Positions 29,801-39,959 of a stretch of DNA of 64,000 nucleotides are shown here, piece by piece. This DNA is from Eledone cirrhosa (taxonomy: Eukaryota), in the NCBI GenBank assembly GCA_964016885.1, contig OZ024741.1, positions 279,186,001 through 279,250,000 on the forward strand, written 5' to 3'. A program made the translations under genes and the position numbers. The notes beneath the pieces were generated by a model. It did not search any database. It was not told the origin of the DNA and saw only the letters and a list, made by a program, of their open reading frames with translations. Position 1 is the stretch's first letter, and each line of letters opens with the position of its first letter.

Positions 29801-32800
29801 TGTAGGTGACACTACACTAGCTGTAGCTGTGGGTTATCTACTGTAGGGGACACTACACTGGTTATAGTTGTGAGTTATCTACTGTAGGTGACACTGGCCT
29901 GGCTGTAGTTGCGGGTTATCTACTGTAGGTGACACTGGCCTGGCTGTAGTTGTGAGTTATCTACTGTAGGTGACACTGGCCTGGCTGTAGTTGTGGGTTA
30001 TCTACTGTAGGTGACACTACACTAGCTGTAGCTGTGGGTTATCTACTGTAGGGGACACTACACTGGTTATAGTTGTGAGTTATCTACTGTAGGTGACACT
30101 ACACTGGCTGTAGTTGTGGGTTATCTACTGTAGGTGACACTGGCCTGGCTGTAGTTGTGGGTTATCTACTGTAGGTGACATTACACTGGCTGTAGTTGTG
30201 AGTTATCTACTGTAGGTGACACTGGCCTGGCTGTAGTTGCGGGTTATCTACTGTTTGTGACACTGGCCTGGCTGTAGTTGCGGGTTATCTACTGTAGGTG
30301 ACACTGGCCTGGCTGTAGTTGTGAGTTATCTACTGTAGGTGACACTACACTGGCTGTAGTTGTAAGTTATCTACTGTAGGTGACACTACACTGGCTGTAG
30401 TTGTGGGTTATCTACTGTAGGTGACATTGGCCTGGCTGTAGTTGTGAGCTATCTACTGTAGGTGACACTACACTAGCTGTAGCTGTGGGTTATCTACTGT
30501 AGGTGACATTGGCCTGGCTGTAGTTGTGAGTTATCTACTGTAGGTGACACTACACTAGCTGTAGCTGTGGGTTATCTACTGTAGGTAACACTACACTGGC
30601 TGTAGTTGCGGGTTATCTACTGTAGGTGACACTGGCCTGGCTGTAGTTGTGTGTTATCTACTGTAGGTGACACTACACTAGCTGTAGTTGTGGGTTATCT
30701 ACTGTAGGTGACACTGGCCTGGCTGTAGTTGTGGGTTATCTATTGTAGGTGACACTGGACAGACTGTAGTTGTGAGTTATCTACTGTAGGTGACACCACA
30801 CTGGCTGTAGTTGTGGGTTATCTACTTTAGGTGACATTGGCCTGGCTGTAGTTGTGAGTTATGTACTGTAGGTGACACTGGCCTGGCTGTAGTTGTAGGT
30901 TATCTACTGTAGGTGACACTACACTGGCTGTAGTTGTGGGTTATCTACTGTAGGTGACACTGGCCTGGCTGTAGTTGTGGGTTATCTACTGTAGGTGACA
31001 CTACACTGGCTGTAGTTGTGGGTTATCTATTGTAGGTGACATTGGCCTGGCTGTAGTTGTGGGTTATCTACTGTAGGTGACACTACACATGCTGTAGTTG
31101 TGGGTTATCTACTGTAGGTGACATTGGCCTGGCTGTAGTTGTGGGTTATCTACTGTAGGTGACACTACACTGGCTGTAGTTGTGGGTTATCTACTGTAGG
31201 TGACACTACACTGGCTGTAGTTGTGAGTTATTTACTGTAGGTGACACTACACTGGCTGTAGTTGTGGGTTATCTACTGTAGGTGACACTACACTGGCTGT
31301 AGTTGTAAGTTATCTACTGTAGGTGACACTACACTGGCTGTAGTTGTGGGTTATCTACTGTAGGTGACACTACACTGGCTGTAGTTGTAAGTTATCTACT
31401 GTAGGTGACACTACGCTAGCTGTAGTTGTGGGTTAACTACTGTAGGTGACACTACACTGGCTGTAGTTGTGGGTTATCTATTGTAGGTGACACTACACTG
31501 GCTGTAGTTGTGGGTTATCTACTGTAGATGACACTACACTGGCTGTAGTAGTGGGTTATCTACTGTAGGTGACACTACACTGGCTGTAGTAGTGGGTTAT
31601 CTACTGTAGGTGACACTACACTGGCTGTAGTTGTGGGTTATCTATTGTAGGTGACACTACACTGGCTGTAGTTGTGGGTTATCTACTGTAGGTGACACTA
31701 CACTAGCTGTAGTTGTGGGTTATCTACTGTAGGTGACACTGGCCTGGCTGTAGTTGTGGGTTATCTACTGTAGGTGACACTACACTAGCTGTAGTTGTGG
31801 GTTATCTACTGTAGGTGACACTACACTGGTAGTAGTTGTGGGTTATCTACTGTAGGTGACACTACACTGGCTGTAGTTGTGGGTTATCTACTGTAGGTGA
31901 CACTGGCCTGGCTGTAGTTGTGGGTTATCTACTGTAGGTGACACTGGCCTGGCTGTAGTTGTGGGTTATCTACTGTAGGTGACACTGGCCTGGCTGTAGT
32001 TGCAGGTTATCTACTGTAGGTGACACTGGCCTGGCTGTAGTTGTGGGTTATCTACTGTAGGTGACACTACACTGGTAGTAGTTGTGGGTTATCTACTGTA
32101 GGTGACACTGGCCTGGCTGTAGTTGTGGGTTATCTACTGTAGGTGACACTACACTAGCTGTAGTTGTGGGTTATCTACTGTAGGTGACACTGGCCTGGCT
32201 GTAGTTGTGGGTTATCTACTGTAGGTGACACTACACTAGCTGTAGTTGTGGGTTATCTACTGTAGGTGACACTACACTGGCTGTAGTTGTGGGTTATCTA
32301 CTGTAGGTGACACTGGCCTGGCTGTAGTTGTGGGTTATCTACTGTAGGTGACACTACACTGGTAGTAGTTGTGGGTTATCTACTGTAGGTGACACTACAC
32401 TGGCTGTAGTTGTGGGTTATCTACTGTAGGTGACACTGGCCTGGCTGTAGTTGTGGGTTATCTACTGTAGGTGACACTACACTGGTAGTAGTTGTGGGTT
32501 ATCTACTGTAGGTGACACTACACTGGCTGTAGTTGTGGGTTATCTACTGTAGGTGACACTACACTGGCTGTAGTTGTGGGTTATCTACTGTAGGTGACAC
32601 TGGCCTGGCTGTAGTTGTGAGTTATCTACTGTAGGTGACACTACACTGGCTGTAGTTGTGAGTTATCTACTGTAGGTGACACTACACTGGCTGTAGCTGT
32701 GGGTTATCTACTGTAGGTGACACTACACTGGCTGTAGTTGTGGGTTATCTACTGTAGGTGACACTACACTGGCTGTAGTTGTGGGTTATCTACTGTAGGT

Positions 32801-32903
32801 GACACTACACTGGCTGTAGTTGTGAGTTATCTACTGTAGGTGACACTACACTGGCTGTAGTTGTGGGTTATCTACTGTAGGTGACACTACACTGGCTGTA
32901 GTT
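11870..32903. repeat. 41-bp tandem satellite, ~21 kb, roughly 510 monomers
   Basis: Consensus aggtgacact(aca/ggc)ctggctgtagttgtgggttatctactgt. Period 41 counted directly (12001 to 12042). Confidence 0.98.
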
Positions 32904-33420
32904 TTGTGTATGAGTGTCTCTGGGTATGTATGGATATGTGTATGTGTTTGTGTGTGTGTTTGAGTGCATGTGTATGTTTGTGTGTATGTTTGTGTGTGTT
33001 TGTATGTGTGTTTGTGTGTCTCTTTGTGTGTGTGTGTGTGTGTTTGTATGTGTGTGAATGTGTATAAGTGTGCGTGTGCATGTGTGTGTACTTGCAAACT
33101 AAGAAAATGTCGGTTTGTGTGCATGTGTGTATATGTTTGTGTGCATGTGTATGTTTATATGTATGTTTGTGTTTGTTTGTATGTGTGTTTGTGTGTCTGT
33201 GTATATGTGTGTCCGTGTGTGTCTGTGTTTGTATGTGTGTGTGCATGTGTATGTTTCTGTGTATGTGTATGTTTGTGTGTGTTTGTATGTGTGTTTGTAT
33301 GTGTGTTTGTATGTGTGTGTATATGTGTGTTTGTGTGTCTGTGTCTCTGTGCGTATGTGTGTGTTTCTGTTTGTATGTGTGTTTGTATGTTTGTGTATGC
33401 CTGTGTATAAATGTGTGTGT
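32904..33420. repeat. Degenerate (TG)n-rich simple repeat
   Basis: Seen directly. Confidence 0.9.
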
Positions 33421-34125
33421 CAATGCAAACTAAGAAGAAACCACATACAGCAACGAAACTTGCCATACTCAAGTAACTTGACCAAGTTAGCAACCGATTC
33501 AAATTTAAATGAATTTTTTTTTTAAACAGAATAGGCAGACGACATACGTCCATTATGCTTCCTTTTACGTTGAATGACATGAAACCTGAGTTGAAAGTAA
33601 GTAATCATGGGTTGTACCACTCAATACAAAATAAGATTAAATATATTAACACTCCTGATCCCGTGATGGTTCAAATATCAGGAGCAGAAGAGAGCAAAGC
33701 AGAGTTTAAATGAGACACGTGTTACTGCAGAATATATATGTTCTAGTCATATTGTACCACCTAACTCTACATTTTGTACAAATTATGAAGTATTAGAAAC
33801 GAAAGTTTATATGGAAACAACTACAATTGCTCAAAACGGTTACAATTTGCAGGACATTACTGGAGAGATAAGCAGGAAGTTGTACACAAGCTACTATTGT
33901 GGGAACCAACTCACGGGAGATGCAGTTGAGGGCAACATTTTCAAACAATCATTGATCAACTCTCAGACAATACAAACCTCAGTAAGGAGCAGTTGCCAGG
34001 AGCAATGGAAAATTGAGATTTGTGGAGAGACTTTGTCAGGAGTGTTTGACAGTGGTCGCAATGATGATTAAGTACATATCAGAAGCAGAGCAGAGTAGGC
34101 TTTAGCTGAGACACGTGTTAGTGCA

Positions 34126-34198
<73 letters not shown>

Positions 34199-34201
<3 letters not shown>

Positions 34202-34273
34202 TAGTCATATTGTACTACCTAACCCTACATTTAGTACCAAGTCTGAATCCTTGGTAACAATGAACTACCTTTA

Positions 34274-34279
<6 letters not shown>
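34199..34279 (+). repeat. ~80-bp TA-flanked module, copy 1 (others at 37839-37920 and 38828-38908; partial at ~33741-33780)
   Basis: ttctagtcatattgtactacctaa..tttagtaccaagtctgaatc..ttggt..caatgaactacctttact, in direct orientation. Confidence 0.9.
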
Positions 34280-34329
<50 letters not shown>

Positions 34330-35004
34330 TATTGAAGTTTGCTTGAAGCATTGTGGAATAATAAATAAATATCTTTAAGTCGTTTGGAAGCCTCGACAAT
34401 GCAAATGGGTAAATCTCCGGGTAACAAGATCCGGTGGTGGAGAGAGAGATGTAAGTGGGTGTACGTTGAGATGCGTGGTGTGTAAAGATGTGTAAATGTG
34501 TAGAAGAAAGAAGGGAAGAGTATAAAGGATAAAATAAAAATAACAACACAAGAGAGAGTTACCTTGGGAGAGATTTAATAGTCCCTATATATTTCGGATT
34601 CACATCCATCAACTGGGGTTTTTTCCGGGATAAAGGTTGTCTGTCGGACAGGTGCGAAACGCGTCCTCCGCTGTTTGTTGTTTTGAATATCTGAGGTATT
34701 CAGCAGAGCGCGCGTGCGCGTGAAATGGGGTCGGTCGGGCAGAGGTCAGCGGCCGAATGAGGGAGTGGGGTGGCACTAGCTGTCAGTCCATTCTCTGCCT
34801 GTTTGTTAAATGTTACTGTGTGTGTGTGTGTGTGTGCGTGTGTTGTTGTCTCGCTTGAGTGTGTGTGTGCGTGTGTAGTTGCCTTGTTCCTCTGTATTGG
34901 CAGTGTAGTATGTTCGTATGGTGGAATGCTACTGTGTGTGTGTGTATGTGTAGTTGTCTCGTTTGTGTGTGCGTGTGTTGTGTGTTGCTACATCGTTTGT
35001 TAAC

Positions 35005-35947
35005 TTAAACCAGCCATCTCATTTCGCTTCTCTCTAATCGGTTGTTTATTTGCGGTTGCAGGCGTTTGATAAAAAGTGCTTCCTTGATACGTAACGTGCC
35101 GACGTTTCTTTCAGTCGCTAGAATTGTGACAATGGGCCATCCGTCTTTGTTTCCGCATTTGTCTATGTGTTTCCGGAAAGACGAGGCCCTGGTTTTAGTG
35201 TGTTCCTTGATCCGGATGTGCAAAGGTCGGATTGTGCTACCTATGTAGTATTGGTTGCACCTGTCACATTCTATCTTATACACGACGTATGTGCGTAGGC
35301 AACAGTTCGCATGGCGTATCGGGCAGTCTCTGAGGGAGCATGCGTCAGTAGATTTCCCGGGTTTCTTGGAGAGGCATCTTCGCAGGGAGGGGCCCGAGTG
35401 GGCCGGGTGGATGTCGAGGCCCTCCCTCCGTATAGCCTTGCGGATAGCGTTGGTGGTATTCTCGCCCAGATGTGGAATTTTAAGGAAGCACTTGCCTTGG
35501 GTGCCTCTCTGTCTCTTGTGTCTGGTGTCTCCTATTCTGTCTGTGATCGAGGTAGGGTACCCGTTCGTCTCCAGCACCTCGAGGAATCGCTTGGTATGAG
35601 TGACACCACTCGCGGGATCGCTGCATCTGTTTTTGATTCGCGCGATCTCGTTCGTGATGTATCCTCTTTTGGCACTGTTAGGGAGGGCGGACTTGTAGTG
35701 AACGAACAGGTCCCTGCAGGCTGCCTTTCGGTAGAATTTGCAGTGGATCCTTCCCTGTTCCGTGATGTTGATTCGGAAGTCGAGGAGGGCAAGTGACCCG
35801 TCTTCGTTGGGGTGTTCAACACTGAAGTCAATGTTCTCGTCCGTGTTGTTGAACGTCTCATAGATTCTGTTCGCCGTGTCTTGGGAAGATGTGAGGATGA
35901 GGATATCGTCCACGTACCTTGAGAAAAAGGCTACGGCGTTGGGGTGG
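35005..35947 (-). pseudogene. 5'-truncated PLE RT C-terminus + GIY-YIG, left arm
   Basis: RYVDDIL, LALLDF, FYRK, VVYKIECDRCNQYYIGSTIRPLHIRIKEH, EALFIKRLQPQIN. Confidence 0.9.
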
Positions 35948-35954
35948 AATAACA

Positions 35955-37181
35955 GATATGCCTTCAGCCTTGATATTAGTCGCTCTCTACACCTCGGTCC
36001 CGGCACTCCCGGCCGTCAATATACTGATGGAACGCGTCCAATCCACCGACTTACACTGCTTCGGGCTCACCACCACTGACATCCACCAACTCCTTTCCAT
36101 CGTCGTCGACAACACCTACTTCGGATTCCTTGACCAAACATACCAACAAACTTCGGGATTGCCCATGGGATCAAGCCTGTCAGGTGTGCTAGCGATCTCT
36201 TACATGGACAACCTCGAACGCAAGGCACTCAACGCCTGCCACCCCAACGCCGTAGCCTTTTTCTCAAGGTACGTGGACGATATCCTCATCCTCACATCTT
36301 CCCAAGACACGGCGAACAGAATCTATGAGACGTTCAACAACACGGACGAGAACATTGACTTCAGTGTTGAACACCCCAACGAAGACGGGTCACTTGCCCT
36401 CCTCGACTTCCGAATCAACATCACGGAACAGGGAAGGATCCACTGCAACTTCTACCGAAAGGCAGCCTGCAGGGACCTGTTCGTTCACTACAAGTCCGCC
36501 CTCCCTAACAGTGCCAAAAGAGGATACATCACGAACGAGATCGCGCGAATCAAAAACAGATGCAGCGATCCCGCGAGTGGTGTCACTCATACCAAGCGAT
36601 TCCTCGAGGTGCTGGAGACGAACGGGTACCCTACCTCGATCACAGACAGAATAGGAGACACCAGACACAAGAGACAGAGAGGCACCCAAGGCAAGTGCTT
36701 CCTTAAAATTCCACATCTGGGCGAGAATACCACCAACGCTATCCGCAAAGCTATATGGAGGGAGTGCCTCGACATCCACCTTGCCCACTCGGGCCCCTCC
36801 CTGCGAAGATGCCTCTCCAAGAAACCCGGGAAATCTACTGACGCATGCTCCCTCAGAGACTGCCCGATACACCATGCGAACTGTTGCCTACGCACATACG
36901 TCGTGTATAAGATAGAATGTGACAGGTGCAACCAATACTACATAGGTAGCACAATCCGACCTTTGCACATCCGGATCAAGGAACACACTAAAACCAGGGC
37001 CTCGTCTTTCCGGAAACACATAGACAAATGCGGAAACAAAGACGGAAGGCCCATTGTCACAATTCTAGCGACTGAAAGAAACGTCGGCACGTTACGTATC
37101 AAGGAAGCACTTTTTATTAAACGCCTGCAACAGCAAATAAACAACCGATTAGAGAGAAGCGAAATGAGATGGCTGGTTTAA
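35955..37181 (+). pseudogene. 5'-truncated PLE RT + GIY-YIG, right arm
   Basis: AFSLDI/VALYTSVP (one frameshift at ~35978), QTSGLPMGSSLS, RYVDD, Cys linker, VVY..YIG motif. Confidence 0.92.
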
Positions 37182-37916
37182 GTTAACAAACGATGTAGCA
37201 ACACACAACACACGCACACACAAACGAGACAACTACACATACACACATACACACACACACAGTAGCATTCCACCATACGAACATACTACACTGCCAATAC
37301 AGAGGAACAAGGCAACTACACACGCACACACACACACTCAAGCGAGACAACAACACACGCACACACACACACACACAGTAACATTTAACAAACAGGCAGA
37401 GAATGGACTGACAGCTAGCGCCACCCCACTCCCTCATTCGGCCGCTGACCTCTGCCCGACCGACCCCATTTCACGCGCACGCGCGCTCTGTCGAATACCT
37501 CAGATATTCAAAACAACAAACAGCGGAGGACGCGTTTCGCACCTGTCCGACAGACAACCTTTACCCCGGAAAAAAAACCTCAGTTGATGGATGTGAATCC
37601 GAAATATATAGGGACTATTAAATCTCTCCCAAGGTAACTCTCTCTTGTGTTGTTATTTTTATTTTATCCTTTATACTCTTCCCTTCTTTTTTCTACACAT
37701 TTACACATCTTTACACACCACGCATCTCAACGTACATCCACTTACATCTCTCTCTCCAGCACCGGAGATTTACCCATTTGCATTGTCGAGGCTTCCAAAC
37801 GACTTAAAGATATTTATATATATATATATATATATATATTCTAGTCATATTGTACTACCTAACCCTAGATTTAGTACCAAGTCTGAATCCTTGGTTACAA
37901 TGAACTACCTTTACTG

Positions 37917-37977
<61 letters not shown>

Positions 37978-37982
<5 letters not shown>

Positions 37983-38334
37983 AAAAAGAGATGAAATCGA
38001 AAATGCAACTGGAGTCTTATTTTTTTTTTTTTAATATATATATTTATTTGGTTCCTTAACCGGTTTCGCAGTTCTTCTGCTTTTCAAAAGGTGAGTTGAG
38101 ATGGAGGGTCTGTGGTTTTTCTCACAGATGTGAGAAAAACCACAGACCCTCCATCTCAACTCACCTTTTGAAAAGCAGAAGAACTGCGAAACCGGTTAAG
38201 GAACCAAATAAATATATATATTCAAAAAAAAAAAAAAATACTCCAGTTGCATTTTCGATTTAATCTCTTTTTCTTTATACTTTCACTCGTGTAGGATACC
38301 TCGGTTATTTTTCATTTTGTAAAAAAAACCTCAC

Positions 38335-38341
<7 letters not shown>
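37978..38341. mobile_element. Fold-back pLTR element in (TA)n
   Basis: Arms ~37978-38126 and 38129-38278 with a 2-nt loop. Unpaired tail 38279-38341. One HHR per arm. Confidence 0.8.
38164..38201 (+). ncRNA. Minimal hammerhead ribozyme, U3-A8 variant (mirror copy at 38054-38091, - strand)
   Basis: cctt-TTGAAAA-gcag(aagaa)ctgc-GAAA-ccgg-TT-aagg, then AATAAA at 38207. Confidence 0.75.
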
Positions 38342-38389
<48 letters not shown>

Positions 38390-38390
<1 letters not shown>

Positions 38391-38797
38391 TATTATATTT
38401 AGAGTTTAAACTCAAACAGCCATTTACAATTAATTAGCTCAAAGAAAGAAGCATTTCTGAGCCGTGAAATACAAGTTAATATAAATTAATTGTTTCTACT
38501 TTAGGCACAAGGCCAGCAATTACCCAGTGCATTACTGGTACTTTATTTTATCGACCCCGTAAGGATGAAAGGCAAAGTCAACCTCGGCGGGATTTGAACT
38601 CAGATCGTTAGGGGACGTAACTATGCTACAAAGCATGGCGTCCGACCCTCTACCGATACTGCCAATCCACCGCCCTTAATATAAATTAATATATGATAAA
38701 CACCTAAGTGTTTGTATTGTAAAAGACGAAGTTAGCTAACTTCGTCTTTTACAATACAAACACTTATGTGTTTATCATATATTAATTTATATTAACT

Positions 38798-38803
<6 letters not shown>
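38390..38803. mobile_element. Fold-back element (family of 8680-8879) interrupted by a SINE
   Basis: Palindrome centred on gaagttagctaacttc (~38728-38743). The left arm is split by the SINE. Confidence 0.75.
38491..38675 (-). mobile_element. Full-length tRNA-derived SINE with 15-bp target-site duplication
   Basis: A-box-like tggcagtatcggt and B-box gagttcaaatccc on the minus strand. TSD ttaatataaattaat at 38476-38490 and 38676-38690. Several copies in the window. Confidence 0.88.
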
Positions 38804-38830
<27 letters not shown>

Positions 38831-38913
38831 TAGTCATATTGTACTACCTAAGCCTACATTTAGTACCAAGTCTGAATCTTTGGTTACAATGAACTACCTT
38901 TACTAATATATAC

Positions 38914-39018
<105 letters not shown>

Positions 39019-39185
39019 TGTCTGTGTGTGTGTATGATTTTTATGCATTTCCACATTTCTCTACCAATTTTGATGATTCTTTTTCCAATGTGCTCCACAT
39101 TTACCAGGGCAGGTCAACGCGTAATTATTTTTGCCAAACATGTCCTGCTTCCATGGAAAAAAATCGATAAAACTAAATACATGCT

Positions 39186-39890
39186 GTAACCCTCTCTCTT
39201 ACACGCATCATTCCTCTCACTACCCTCAATCTCCTCTGCAACTCTCTTTAAAAGGTTACTGCCTCCGTCTCTGAAGGAACGCGACACAAACTTTGATAAC
39301 CCTCTCTCTTACACGCTTCATTCCTCTCACTACCCTCAATCTCCTCTGCAACTCTCTTTAAAAGGTTACTGCCTCCGTCTCCATTACAGTTTAGGTACAC
39401 ACTTACATTTTACATCAAATAACAAATATTCAAAGCAACAGATGAATTTATAAAACAACAAATGTAACAATAACGACCTCTCTATAATTTAACTGCTTTA
39501 CTCTCTCTGTCGCTCTTCACTCCCTATATGACAACACTGCAGAGAGAAACAATGTATATGATCAAATGGAGCGTTCTGTATATTCCCCCTCTCTATAATT
39601 TAACTGCTTTACTCTCTCTGTCTCTCTTCACTCCCTATATGGCAACACTGCAGAGAGAGAAACAATGTATATGATCAAATGGAGCGTTCCGTATATTCCC
39701 CTCTCTATAATTTAACTGCTTTACTCTCTCTGTCTCTCTTCACTCCCTATATGATAACACTGCAGAGAGAGAAACAATGTATATGATCAAATGGAGCGTT
39801 CCGTATATTCCCCCTCTCTATAATTTAATTGCTTTACTCTCTCTGACGCTCTTCACTCCCTATATGACAACACTGCAGTGGAGCGTTCCG
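39186..39890. repeat. Minisatellites inside the Helitron 5' region (2 x ~110 bp; ~4 x ~115 bp)
   Basis: Repeated taaccctctctcttacacgc.. and ctctctataatttaactgctttactc.. units. Confidence 0.85.
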
Positions 39891-39959
39891 TATTGAGCGT
39901 TCGGTATTAGCATACGGCTTATCTGGAGCATTTTCAATCGGCTTATTGCAAATAACAAC

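Larger units (their letters stand above)
34321..37817. mobile_element. Head-to-head inverted PLE (Neptune/Nematis-type RT + GIY-YIG) in (TA)n
   Basis: Arms 34365-35947 (-) and 36239-37817 (+). Spacer 35948-36238 is further + strand RT coding. Extra tail 34321-34364 on the left only. Confidence 0.92.

Noticed and set aside
11870-32903. CRISPR-like or coding repeat array
   Set aside because: Head-to-tail monomers with no unique spacers, 41 bp is not a multiple of 3, stops are frequent, and the context is eukaryotic.
33811-34071. 86-aa ATG-initiated ORF
   Set aside because: No recognisable motif or splice context. It lies between local direct repeats and cannot be supported as a gene.
38491-38675. 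tRNA gene
   Set aside because: A and B boxes are present, but there is no full cloverleaf. It has a SINE body, a TSD and multiple truncated copies.
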